Shown here piece after piece: positions 1 through 13,184 of a DNA stretch of 64,000 nucleotides. How positions within the stretch are numbered: the stretch's first letter is position 1; every line of letters begins with the position of its first letter. The notes under the pieces are model-generated. The model was not told where the DNA came from. It ran no database searches and saw only the letters and a list, made by a program, of their open reading frames with translations. Position numbers and translations under genes: made by a program. The DNA is from Octopus sinensis (lineage: Eukaryota): contig NC_042997.1 of the NCBI RefSeq assembly GCF_006345805.1, forward strand, positions 50,034,001-50,098,000. Reading direction: 5' to 3'.

Positions 1-1020
1 TGTGTTGTGAAAGCTGTGTAAGGGATGTGGAGAATAGCCTGGCTTGGTATGTCAAGGGGAGTAAAAAGAAATGATTGAATCAGTGAAAATGCAGGAACCT
101 TAAAAGTGAACGAAGCCGTAGATCCAACACAATTTAAGAAAGACCGGAGAAAGCAGATGAAAAAACTTTGGCAGGGCAAGAAAATGCACAGTCAGTTCTT
201 GAAGTATAAGGATGAGATTGATTGGAATAAAATCCGGCAATGGCTGCAGAAAGGAAACTTAAAAGAGCTCACCGAGGCAGCGCTCAAAAACCAACTCTCA
301 GAACAAACTATTCCAAATAGCACATTGATAAAAGCACTGACTCGCCACAGTGTAGGATATGCTCTGAGAAGGGAGAAAGTATAAACCATATTGTTAGTGA
401 GTGCTGTAAGCTCGCATAACGCGAATATAAAAGGAGACATGAAAATGTGGCCAGATATGTCCACCGGCTGTTGTACGGTAAAGCAAACCTCGAGAGAGCC
501 GAACAATGGTATGAACACAAGCCACAGGGAGTAATGGAAAACGAACTTTACAAAATACTCTGGGATTTTAACATGCAACGCGACCATAGAGGCAAGATGA
601 CCAGATGCCGTGCTCAACCATAGAGATGAAAAAGAAGTAAAGATAATAAATAGATGTTGCAATACCAGGCGATTCGAGGGTGAAAGGTAAGGAAACAGAA
701 AAGATTGAGAAATACCGGCCACTACGGGACGAAATAGGAAAGTTATGGGGGCATGATGAAAGTAATGGTGAAACCGGTGGCAATTGGAGCATTAGGGGCA
801 GTTTCTAAGGGCTATGAAAAACGTATTAAGAATATTGGAGCTGCTGTCAGGCTCGAGGTGATCCAGAAGACAGCAGTGTTGGGTACAGCTCGCATTCTAA
901 GGAGAGTATTGTTTCTTTGAGTCACAGGAGAAGGCACTACTTTGGTGATTTGTTGTTGCTTGCTTTCAAGTAAAGAATAACTGGTAATTAAGAACTATCC
1001 GAGAGTCTTTCAAAATTATA
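1..1020 (+). mobile_element. R4/Dong-like non-LTR retrotransposon, degenerate 3' part (5' end beyond window edge)
   Basis: Frameshifted pieces WLQKGNLK, DVAIPGDSRV..E..KIEKY, IGALGAVSKG..IQKTAVLGTARILRRVL are typical of the C-terminal REL endonuclease region; stop near 920, then 3'UTR. Confidence 0.8.
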
Positions 1021-1032
1021 ATACTAATAATC

Positions 1033-1972
<940 letters not shown>

Positions 1973-1973
<1 letters not shown>

Positions 1974-4900
1974 TTAGAACACCGGGGGACTTTTAAGATG
2001 TAAGAAGGAAAATTCAGAGCTCCGAAACCTATCCACAAACATCGAAAACAAGGACATCCTATGGAGCCAAAGTTTTACTAACAAAGAATTGGACTGTATC
2101 CGAGTAAGTAATACTAATTGAAATTTATTACTATTTTCGAAACGAAATGATGTATTTTGACTCGATATCATCTCCACCTCTAACGCAACACATGTAAACA
2201 TGCGTGAAACATCACGATCATCCCCGACTCCAAACACCATGTACAAAGGAACTACGAAGAAATTAAATGCCACCGATACTATTCAACCCAAGAATAACAA
2301 TCGAGCGGTACGTACATTAAACCTACAACAAAAAATGTACGAAAAACTACACGTGCGAAATAATGTGACAACAGAAATAAACGGACCGGTACCCTACGAA
2401 AATGACGACCGTCAAAATAATGGGCCGGACGTTGTACCTCATGTCCCGCAAATAAAACCCAAAAGACGTAAATGGACACGTGAGGAATACATTTCTATCT
2501 TACACGCATACTTCACAGCAGTACTCTACCCAAAAAATGAAAATACAACAACACATACATATAAAATATGGAAGGAAAATAATAGAGATATAGACTTGGA
2601 TACAGCAATGAACCCTAATAAATTAGCTAACGTACGAAGATACATTCTCAACACAAAAAAAATATCAGAAATAGAAATAGAACACCTAAAAGAAAACATA
2701 CACCAGGAAAATGTAGATAGAAGCCACACAACAATGCCCAATAATATAAACACTGAAACTGTAAAACACAAAGACAAACGCAACATTCCCAACAAACACG
2801 ATGTAAACAACGAAGGGGAGCCTAATGATTATGATAATATAAAAAATAAAATAATCAAAGAACTGAAAACCACAGAGCTCAAAATGGACCACCGACCATA
2901 CCTCCCAAGAATCAAAATAAACGAAATAACAACACCTATTATAAACAGCATAAACCTAGCCGTCACTGAACTGATAGCCACTGAATAAAAAAAAAGTGAT
3001 ATCACTGAGCTAAATAACCTAATATACGCAGCAGCCACTGCAGCCATAAAAGAAGCTGGATACTCACCCAAACCCGCCCAGACAGGAGTACCACCACCCA
3101 AACAAACCCTGTGGATAAATAACATCCAAAGCAAAATAAAAAAAATTAGAAAAGACCTGTCGATTCTTAATGAAATCAGCAAAAAATCAACGCTACTGAG
3201 CAACAAAAAGAGAACAAAAATACTCCGCAAATATAACATCACAGAGAAAGATTTGCCTGAAATAAAAGAAAAGCTGAAGCAAGATATCCTTGCCAAAGCA
3301 CAAAGGATCCGCCGGTACAAGAAACGCCAACGCTTCTTTGAACAGAACAAAAAGTTCAACTCCGACCCCAAAAAGTTCTACCAAGAACTGGGCAAAAATA
3401 AAATAGAAGTCACTGCAGCACCAACGGCAGAAGAATTGGAAGAATTCTGGAAAGAAATATGGTCGGCGAACGAACAGCCAAAAAAAAGGAGTATGAAAAT
3501 AACAAACTCGGCATCTGAACAACTTTGGACCCCCATAACAACTGAAGAGGTCACCCAGGCACCGCAAAAACTAAGCAACTGGAAGGCACCTGGGCATGAC
3601 AAGATCCCCAACTTCTGGTTGAAATATCTAACAGGAATGCAAAAAGCTGGCTGAAAACTTTAACAGCATACTAGCAGAGCCAGAGACAATGCCTGAATGG
3701 CTCACGAAGGGGAAAACCATCTTAATTCCCAAATCAAATGAAACAGCAAAACCAGAAAACTACAGACCAATAACCAGCCTCCCTACTATGTTCAAGGCAT
3801 TTACTGCAGTGATATCACAAAGGCTGAACAAGCACCTGGACGAAAACAAACTGTTCCCAGAAGAACAGAAAGGATGCCGCAAAGGCTCATATGGCTGTAA
3901 AGATCAACTAATGATTAATAAAGCCATAACTGAAGACAGCCACAGAAAGAAGAAAGGCCTCAGTATGGCCTGGATTGACTACAAAAAGGCGTTTGATAGC
4001 ATCCCCCACACATGGATCCTCGAAACACTAGCCATTAACAAAGTAGCACCAACAATCATAAAATTCATAGAGCACTCTATGAATAAATGGCAAACAGTCC
4101 TACACCTCCAAACAAAAGAGGGACTCATGAAAACCAAAGACATCCCCATTAGAAGAGGAATATTCCAGGGAGACACGCTCTCTCCACTCCTTTTCTGCTT
4201 GGCACTGTCACCTCTATCTGATATGCTAAATAGAACTGGATGCGGATATAAATGTTACGGCAAAACGATCAGCCACCTTTTATATATGGATGACCTAAAA
4301 CTATACGCTGCAAATGACAAACAGCTGGAAACACTATTAAAGACAGTTCATGGATTTACCAAAGAAATAGATATGAAATTTGGATTAGAAAAATGCGCCA
4401 AAGTAACCATGAAAAGAGGAAAACTAGTTAAGAGTAACAACATCACACTAGATAAAACCAATGAAATAAAAGAATTAGACCAAATCCAAACTTACAAATA
4501 CTTAGGAATCCATGAACTAGATAAGACACAACACACACAAATGAAAGAGAAAATAAAAAAAGAATATTATAGACGAGTTAGATCAATACTAAACACAGAG
4601 CTCAATGCCAAAAACAAGATAATAGGTATCAACACTTTAGCTGTCCCAGTTATAAGTTACAGCTACAATATCCTTAACTGGACACGAAATGAACTGACCA
4701 AAATAGATAGGAAAACAAGAAAAATAATGACAGGATCTAGGATGCATCACCCAAAATCTGACATAGAAAGACTATATATACAACGTATAGAAGGTGGTCG
4801 AGGCCTTATACAGCTGGAAAACTACTATAAAATAACCACCATAGGACTGCAAAAATATCTACTTCAGAAGGAAGGAAAACTGATCCAGATAGCGGCAAAA

Positions 4901-5947
4901 CACGAGCAAAACAAAAAACTGTTCTCAGTATTTAAGGAAGCTGACAAATACAAACAAGAAATCATACCACCTAATAAACATGAAGAGAAGAAGAAGATGA
5001 AGAAAAACAACAAAAGCTATAAAACAAATGAAATCCAAACTAAAAATAGAACAGCAACGAATCATGATAAAACGATGGCAAGAAAAGCCCCTTCATGGTA
5101 AATACTGGACTAAACTAAACGCAAAAGAAATAGACAAAGAAAAATCCCAGCAGTGGTTGAGAAGCTCAGGACTCAAAGCAGAAACAGAGGGATTTTTAAT
5201 TGCAGCACAAGACCAAAGCCTCCCCACCAGAAATTACCAAAAACATGTAATGAAAAGAAATATTACAAGTAACTGCAGAATATGTGGAGATGGACAAGAA
5301 ACAATAAATCATATTATCTCTGGCTGCCCAGTCCTGGCTAAGAAGGAATATATTCACAGACATGACAGAGTTGGAACCTACATACATTGGAAGCTATGCC
5401 AACATTATGGAATAACAACAGAAAAAAGATGGTATAGGCACACACCAGAAAAGGTCACAGAAAACGAGAAAGCAACCATACTCTGGGATATGCCGATACA
5501 CACAGATAGAGAAATTAAGGCCAACAGACCAGATATAGTTGTCAGAGACCATGAAGAAAAAAATTGCTTTCTAATTGATGTATCAATACCGGCTGATGAC
5601 AATGTTTCTCTAAAAGAAATGGAGAAACTCTCAAAATACAAAGACCTGGAAATAGAGGTAACTAGAATGTGGAATCTGAAAACAGAAACAATTCATATCA
5701 TAGTAGGTGCATTAGGCATGATAAAAAAATATTCAGACAAATACATAACAAAAACACCAGGACTTACAAACGCATATAACATACAGAAAATTGCACTACT
5801 AGGCACTGCACACATCCTACGCAGAACACTTTCCATACAATAACCATCAAAGCATCACAACAAATCACAGCACATACCCAAGGCACACAGAGCTGTGCTC
5901 GGTAGTGAAGTGAAAGCACGCTATAAAAATAAAAATAAAACTACTGA
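1973..5947 (+). mobile_element. Full-length R4/Dong-like RT+REL non-LTR retrotransposon flanked by (TAA)n
   Basis: 5'UTR, one ~1200-codon ORF broken by 3 lesions, 3'UTR 5844-5947, (TAA)n on both sides. Confidence 0.95.
2200..5843 (+). pseudogene. Retrotransposon ORF: Myb-like N-terminus, reverse transcriptase, CCHC knuckle, restriction-like endonuclease
   Basis: KRRKWTREE Myb-like motif; RT motifs NYRPIT, DYKKAFDS, RGIFQGDTLSPLLF, LLYMDDLKL, YKYLG; CRICGDGQETINHIISGC; RHD; RPDIVV..LIDVSIP..KLSKY. In-frame TAA at 2986-2988 (frame continues to 3654), frameshifts near 3640 and 4990-5010. Confidence 0.93.
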
Positions 5948-6018
5948 ATAATAATAATAATAATAATAAGATTAATAATAATGATAATAATATTAATAAT
6001 AATAATAATAATAATAAT
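5948..6018. repeat. (TAA)n tail/target
   Basis: Direct reading. Confidence 0.95.
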
Positions 6019-6451
6019 TGTTTTGAGTGAATTCTATCATAACAGCAAAATATCTTATCTTTATTATAGTTGTTTGTGATCTTCAGATTGTTACATAAAG
6101 GCGATTGATCTTTTTCTGTTGTGATTGTCTGATATCGTCTTTTCAAGCAGAATTACTTTGATTGAAAAGTCAGCCAAAATTAATGCATATACAAACTGAA
6201 ACCAATGAGCGATATACGCCAGTAGAAAGCTCTCAGTTTGCAAGTCTAAGACTTGCTTTTAGTTTATGTCTAAAACCATTATATTTCCGTTACGTTACTC
6301 AACTTTTAAGAACTGCATGAACACCACAACCGTCCTTGCCGCAATTAAAATGTTAGACAAAATTTCACGAACTGCTTCTTTTGAAGTCAAATACAATAGT
6401 CATCAACTGAAATACAAAAAATATTTGACTAAATCTGACGCATTAGTTAAG

Positions 6452-6625
6452 AGCATGGCTGTGTGGTAAGAAGCTTGGTTCGCAACCACATTGGTTCTGA
6501 GTTCAGTCCCACTGTGTGGCAATTTTAGCAAGTGTCTTCTACTATAGCCCCCGGACGGACCAATGTGAGTGAATTTAGTAGGGAGAAACAGAAACAAGCC
6601 TGCCAATATATACATATATACACAT
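6452..6625 (+). mobile_element. SINE family A, 5' part (tRNA-derived head)
   Basis: GCATGGCTGTGTGGTAAGAAGC..GTTCAGTCCCACTG..GCAAGTGTCTTCTACTATAGCC matches copies at 43094, 50270 and 61893. Confidence 0.85.
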
Positions 6626-7599
6626 ATATAATTGGCAGAAATAATGGGATATATATATATATTATAGGCTCACAGCTGTTTCAGATATGTATTTGGGTCA
6701 GTGACAAGTCGTGTATAGGCACTGTGGGAGTGCAGCATCCCCTATTTCCGGTCTTTTTTTCTTTAATTCTTTCTTTATATTTGTACATTATATAATCCTT
6801 AAGATTAATGTCAGTAGCCATCCCATATTTTATGAAAAGAATACGAAAATTCTTGTATAGAACTGTGCGCTTCACAGTTCCAGAGACGTGGTATTTGACT
6901 GTTGTGTGCATGCTCATATGTCCGAGATAGAAAGCTTCACGCTAAGGAGAGAGAACACTGTGGTTCACGTAGTGCCGACCCCGGTGTGCTGGTGAAAGTG
7001 GTGTTTCTTTTTGACCCGCGTGTGTTGTACTTAAAAACGTGTTTATATTCTTGAATGTGATAAAGTGAAGGATTAAATTATTATCCTACTTCCAGCTTCA
7101 GTGTTTCTGCCAGGATTTGAAAAATAGAGCCCATACCCCCACTTATTTTGTGATTTAGGTGGGATTTTAGAAAAACAAGGGGGAATTCGCAGCGGTGTTC
7201 AGTGAACAAATTAAATACACTACCCAGCAGTGGCTAAAACGCGAACCGATAAAGTTCATGTATAAATTTTCTTTTTACATTTTTGTTTCCTTTTACAAAA
7301 TATTGAGACAACGGCTAAAAAATTTCTGAAGCAGCAGACCAACTAATTTTATCTACGTGCCGCCATGGTTCAAATCTATCAATCGATCGATTATTGGAAT
7401 GAAAATATAGGGTACCATCAGCAGAATGCTATCTTTTTCTAGCTTTCGACTTTGGATTGCCTGAAGTATAATACTGATCACAAGACCTTTTTTGTTAGCA
7501 TGGTGTAGTTTTATTCTGCAGAGTGCTCAAGAAGTATTTTCCTGGATTTCTATCCCTTAGTAATCCTTCTTTGTTCTGGTAAATATATGTATATATATA

Positions 7600-7945
7600 T
7601 AAAAGAAAATAAGACAAGGTAGAGAAAATGCTAACATAATTGTATCACGGAGAACATTTTAGTACCGGTTTCAGTCTTTGAAACTTTTTCACCTTAGATT
7701 AAAACATGAAAAACAATTAAATCGTGGAAACATTAAATGAAATGTTTTTTAAAAATATTTCCATAGTTTTCATATGCAAGGGACATTTTTCTTTTTTCTG
7801 TCTGTCTCTGTCTCTCTTTTTTACTCATGTTTTACTCTAAGTTTAAAAACTTTTACTCTAAGACTTAAACCGGTACTAAAATGTTCTTCATGATAAAATG
7901 ATTCTAGCATTTTTTGACTTGTATTATTTTCCTTATACCTATCAA
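7600..7945. repeat. Inverted pair (~90 bp arms) of a putative Penelope pLTR-like unit
   Basis: 7601-7690 is the reverse complement of 7855-7945 (shared AAACCGGTACTAAAATGTTCT..TAGCATTTT). Confidence 0.7.
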
Positions 7946-7976
7946 CTCGTGTGTTCTTTTCAACTCTCTCTTCCCC

Positions 7977-7977
7977 C

Positions 7978-8022
<45 letters not shown>

Positions 8023-8139
8023 AACATATGTATATATACATACATATATACATATACACATAAATATACATATATACATGTACATACATATATATATATA
8101 CAGATATATATATATATATACATATATATATGTATATAT

Positions 8140-8205
<66 letters not shown>

Positions 8206-8415
8206 GTGTATGCTTAAGTTGTATTTGTCTCATACCATCGCTTGACAACAAGTGGTGGTTTGTTTTGATCCTTGCAATTTGGCGATTATTCGGTAAAAGA
8301 GACCGATAGGCAAAGAACCAGATGTTAAATATAACCATTGGGCTTCTACAAAATCTTTTGTTCTATAAGATGGTAATCCAGCATGGCTGCAGTCCATTGA
8401 CTGGAGCAAGTAATA
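7977..8415 (+). mobile_element. Compound (CT)/(TA)/(CA) microsatellite plus SINE family A 3' half
   Basis: ATCGCTTGACAAC..AAAAGAGACCGATAG..CCAGCATGGCTGCAGTCCATTGACTGG matches the tail of copy 43094-43600. Confidence 0.75.
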
Positions 8416-8504
8416 ATGGAAAAAAGGGGGGAAAAAAACAGAAGACAATATTCCGAAGTTTTTTTTACACCTATTCATTTTAAACTCTAGAACTGAAAGT
8501 AAAA

Positions 8505-9515
8505 TATAATATGCTCTCAAATGCCCGGATAGCAACTCTGGCCAGCTATGCAGACGATACGAAAGTCTCGCAGAAAATACAGAACCCCAGCGATGTTGCA
8601 CACCTGCAGCAGGAGTTGGACTCAATCTACAGATGGGCTGAGGATAATAATATGCAGTTTAATGCTGAAAAATTCCAGGCCCTGCACTACCAGCATCCAA
8701 AACTGAATATTAAACTTACAAGATACACCGGTCCACAGGGAATTTCAATCCCAGAGCCTAAGTCTGTGAGGGACCTGGGTATCGACATGAGTGATGATAC
8801 CTCTTTCCAAGTGCACATTACGAGGATGGCGACAAAGTGCAGACGACTGGCTGGGTGGATCCTAAGAACATTCAGACCCAGAGATAAGGAAACCATGATG
8901 GTTCTCTGGCGGACATTCGTCCTCAGCCGCCTGGATTACTGCTCACAACCATGGTCACCCACCAGTGTAAAATTAACAGCGGTCCTTGAAGCAATCCAGA
9001 GAAGATTCACCAAGAAGATCGTCTCTTTGCAACAGCTCAGCTACTGGGAAAGGTTGAAACAACTAAGACTCTACTCCCTGGAGAGAAGACAGGAGAGGTA
9101 TGCAATGATATATGTCTGGAAGATCCTGGAAGGAATTGTGCCAAATTTTGGCATTGTAAGCTATACCAATGCTAGAACGGGACGACAGTGCATAGTGCCA
9201 AAGATCCCAGCAATGCCATCACGCTTCAGGACCAGCTTCTGCAACAGCCTGGGTTTCAAAGGCCCACAGCTTTTTAATATTCTCCCAAAGAGTCTGAGGA
9301 ACTTGCACAAAGCAGATGTAGCGGTTTTTAAATCAAAGCTGGACATCTTCCTGTCAAGAGTCCCAGATGAACCTACCTCACGGCAAGAGGTGCAAATGAG
9401 AGTAGCTATATCAAACTCCATTCTTCACTAAGTGCCACATATTAGACGAGGTTCTTCGCAATAACAGTGTAGCATCAGCATGGCCGCAGCTCTGAGCTGA
9501 AACTAGAGAAAAAAA
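8505..9515 (+). mobile_element. 5'-truncated CR1-group LINE (RT C-terminal ORF 8511-9431 + 3'UTR)
   Basis: YADDTK, VRDLGI, LDYCSQPWSP, LEAIQRRFTK, LYSLERRQERY..WKI; 3' end CAGCATGGCCGCAGCTCTGAGCTGAAACT followed by an A-rich tail. Confidence 0.9.
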
Positions 9516-9914
9516 ATCTAACTTATTAAATTTTGTTTATTTTAAAAGTAAATATAATTACTGAATGTCATTGAACTTAAACGTATCACCTATGTTATTA
9601 CGATTGGAGAAAAAATCACAAATGCTTTCAGATTTAGCAGCATATCAGCAGCTAATACTACTTTACTGTAGGTAACGTTGTTAAAATGCTTTACTTACTA
9701 TCCTTTACAAAATGCTTAATGGATATTGCCGAGAAAGACAACGGAATACATGCAGCACATATGCACTAATAATCGTTGAAATAACAGTTCCAAAATTCTA
9801 TCTATTGTCTGTCATTTCGTCTTCATAGAGACAGGAACCTGTTATCATTGTTAATATTTATTCTAACAAAGATTAGATATATTATTTTTTTGTCTGCATG
9901 ATTACATACATAAG

Positions 9915-9935
9915 TACGCACGCACGCACACACAC

Positions 9936-9980
<45 letters not shown>
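9915..9980. repeat. (CA)n
   Basis: Direct reading. Confidence 0.95.
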
Positions 9981-9981
<1 letters not shown>

Positions 9982-10496
9982 ACATGCATACGTAACGGTA
10001 GAGGTTACCAGTTGTAAGCGATGAAAGATTTGTTTTAGTAGCGATGCCTGATATGGTGCAACGTCGGGATCGCCAGTTTGTAACGGTTGGTTCTTGGGAA
10101 GGCTGCAATTCTCTTGTTCGGGGTCACCAGTTGTAACGGATGAGATTGATTAGGTACACAAATAACATTAAATGTCGGAGTCAACAGTTGTAACAATAAA
10201 AAATTGTTGTTATAATGGCATGTTGTAAGATGTGAGAGATGAACAATGCATGAAGTTTTAAGGAAATAATTATCTTTACCCGTTACAATATACAATGCCT
10301 TACCTCGACGGTTGGTGATGGTATCATAAAGCATGCGAAGTAAAGAGAGCTGTATAGTTTGTGTCTGTGTTCTCGTCATTGTGTAGTGTTAATGACAGAG
10401 AGAGATAGAATGATGTTGTAAGAGAATAGAATTGGAGCTAGTGAGAGTGTGTGACGAAGGCTCGCATAGTCGCTGATAGTTAACTTCGTTTCTCCC

Positions 10497-10622
10497 TCTG
10501 AACGGTAGAACGCCAGGCGAAATGCTTAGCGGTGTTTCGTCTGTATTTACGTTCTGAATTGAGATTCCGCCGAGATCGACTTTGCTTTTCATCCTTTCGG
10601 AGTCGATAAAATTAATACCAGA
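10497..10622 (+). mobile_element. SINE family B, partial
   Basis: GGCGAAATGCTTAGCGG..TTCGTCT..GACTTTGC.TTTCATCCTTTCGG.GTCGATAAA; the core resembles the Meta-SINE domain (recalled, unverified). Confidence 0.8.
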
Positions 10623-11012
10623 GAAACACTGGCCAAGGTTCTAAGGTGCGTTCACTAACTGATGTTAGCTCTCTCTCTCCCAACTCACGAGTCGTCACCA
10701 AGTGACTGACTGCCTTTTGCTTGCGGGTTCTTGTTTTTATAACTATCCAGAAGGATAGACATATCGTTGAGAACAATGGGCTTCGTTGGTGGTACTGTGA
10801 TATCTCTATTCTAGCTTTTGGTGAAGTAGAAGAGGTCAAGTGGTGAAGACATTACTTCGGCCTTGCTAAATGCATCTGGAAAATACAAAACTGCTGTCAG
10901 AGAAAAACCATTGTTCCACCGTGAGAAAAGTTCTGTTGAACTCTTAATTTAAATTTGGCTAAGGTGGATCGAATCGATTTCAGGCTCGTAAGATTCACTA
11001 CACGTACATACA

Positions 11013-11338
11013 TAATTGGCACTCTGTCGGTTATGGCGACAAGGGTTCCAGTTGCTCCGATCGACGGAACAGCTTACTCATGAAATGAACGTGTAAGCGG
11101 GTGAGCACTCCTCAGGCAAGCCTACCCTCGGGGTAGTTCTGACGGAGATTCAGCGTGACACAGAGTGTGACAAGGTTGGCATTTGGATTACAGGCGCAAC
11201 TCATTTTTGCCAGCCGAGTGAACTGGAGCAACGTGAAGTAAAGTGTCTTGCTCAAGGACGCAATGCGCTGCTGGGAACCGAACTCACGACTATATGATCG
11301 GGGACCGAATACCCCAACCACTATGTCACGCGCCTTCT
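11013..11338 (-). mobile_element. tRNA-derived SINE, head C + tail E
   Basis: Minus strand reads GAAGGCGCGTGACATAGTGGTT..CTTGAGCAAGACACTTTAC.TCACGTTGCTCCAGTTCACTC; same head at 35125 and 61182. Confidence 0.85.
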
Positions 11339-11339
11339 C

Positions 11340-11411
<72 letters not shown>

Positions 11412-11412
<1 letters not shown>

Positions 11413-11698
11413 TATCACGTCACGTGACCGACCAGGCAATCAGATGTTGCTACACATCGCTGGTCACAATGCGCTTCGCATTGTTTTAGCCTTCAAATGA
11501 CGCCAGCACCACTGGCTAAGCGAGCAGGCCAACAGAAGAAAGAGTGAAAGTTGTGGCGAAAGAGTACAGCAGGGATCGCCCCCCCCCCTGCCAGAGCATC
11601 ATGGAGCTTTAGGTGTTTTCTCTCAATAAACACTCACAACGAAACCACGATCCTACGACCGCGAGTCCGCTGCCCTAACCACTGAGCCATTGCGCTTC
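11412..11698 (-). mobile_element. tRNA-derived SINE, head D + tail H
   Basis: Head GCGCAATGGCTCAGTGGTTAGGGCAGCGGACTCGCGGTCG..AAAACACCTAAAGCTCC matches 48528 (+) and 42476 (-). Confidence 0.85.
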
Positions 11699-12011
11699 CA
11701 CACACACACATATATATATATACACACACATACATATGTATGTATATATATGTGTGTAAATATATACTTATATATACACACATATTCGTATGCATGGTTA
11801 CTTATGTGTGTGTGTGTGGTGAAGCAAACAGGAAAAATACAAATCAAAATATGAGTAAATGTATATTTTTTATTAATATTTAGCAGATGCAACAGAGTGA
11901 CACGTGGTTCGAGAGTTTCGTGCGTTGGCACTTATCAAACGTTGGCATTTAACACACTTATTAAAATTTGACAAGTGTTGCTTCTGCTAAATATTAATGA
12001 ATACATATGTA

Positions 12012-12028
12012 TAAGTGTGTGTGTGTGT

Positions 12029-12097
<69 letters not shown>

Positions 12098-12105
12098 CGA
12101 GAGAG
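12012..12105. repeat. (TG)n(GA)n
   Basis: Direct reading. Confidence 0.95.
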
Positions 12106-12421
12106 CTTGTGTGTCTGTATACACGAGCACCCTCACACAGATAGATAGTTTGCTGTTTAGTTACATTATTGTAAGGGAAACGTATGCTGTACGGAAAATA
12201 CACACAATTAACCTCAGCCAATCATTAAATATGTAAAAACTTTCATTGATCGTAATTATCTTGATGTTCATTTTATGAGTTATGCTATGGACTTCTCTCG
12301 GTGAAGTACTTTTACAACGCCAGATGATTCTTTTCACTGAATACCATGCTAAACCCGCTCCAATGTTTTTATTGGGACTTTTTGTTATTTTACAAGTGAG
12401 AATCGGAAGTACTAACATGTC

Positions 12422-12452
<31 letters not shown>

Positions 12453-12455
<3 letters not shown>

Positions 12456-13030
12456 TCCCTTTCTACTATAAGCACAACGCCTGGAATTTTGAGGGAAGGG
12501 ACAAATCGATTACATCGACCCCAGTGTTTCATTGGTATTTATTTTTATCGACTCCGAAAGGATGAAAAGCAAAATCGATCTCGGCGGAATTTCAATTCAG
12601 AACGTAAAGACAGACGAAATACCTACTTCTTTACTATCCACAAGGGGCTAAACATAGAGAGGACAAACAAACGGATTAAGTCGATTACATCGACCCCAGT
12701 GCGTAACTGGTACTTAATTTATCGACCCCGAAATGATGAAAGGCAATGTCGACCTCGGCGGAATTTGAACTCAGAACGCAGCGGCGGACGAAATACCTAT
12801 TTCTTTACTACCCACAAGGGGTTAAACACAGAGGAGACAAACAAAGACAGACAAACGGATTAAGTCGATTATATCGAGCCCAGTGCGTAACTGGTACTTA
12901 ATTTATCGACCCCGAAACGATGAAAGGCAGAGTAGACCTCAGCGGAATTTGAACTCAGAACGTAGCGGCAGACGAAATACCGCAAAGCATCTCGCCTGGC
13001 ATGCTAACGTTTCTGCCAGCTCACCGCCTT
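12453..13030 (-). mobile_element. SINE family B tandem trimer
   Basis: One head at 13030, then three cores; GAAATACC recurs at 12616, 12790 and 12974. Confidence 0.9.
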
Positions 13031-13113
13031 ATTTATTATAATAATAATAATAATAATATTAATAATGATGATGAGGATGATGATGATGATGAGGAGGAGG
13101 AGGATGATGATGA

Positions 13114-13149
<36 letters not shown>

Positions 13150-13150
13150 C
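13027..13150. repeat. (TAA)/(GAT)/(GAG) trinucleotide run
   Basis: Direct reading. Confidence 0.9.
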
Positions 13151-13184
13151 ACGATCATGATGTTGATCCTTTCTGCTATAGGTA

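Noticed and set aside
2829-3611. Minus-strand ORFs overlapping the retrotransposon ORF (also 192-722, 8230-8625)
   Set aside because: Antisense shadows of A-rich coding sequence; no domain features
5865-5925. Short hairpins in the R4/Dong-like 3'UTR
   Set aside because: 5-bp stems only, and the second copy (14455-14490) breaks them without compensation
12453-13030. CRISPR-like appearance of tandem units
   Set aside because: Units are whole SINE bodies with no unique spacers; no cas genes; eukaryotic context
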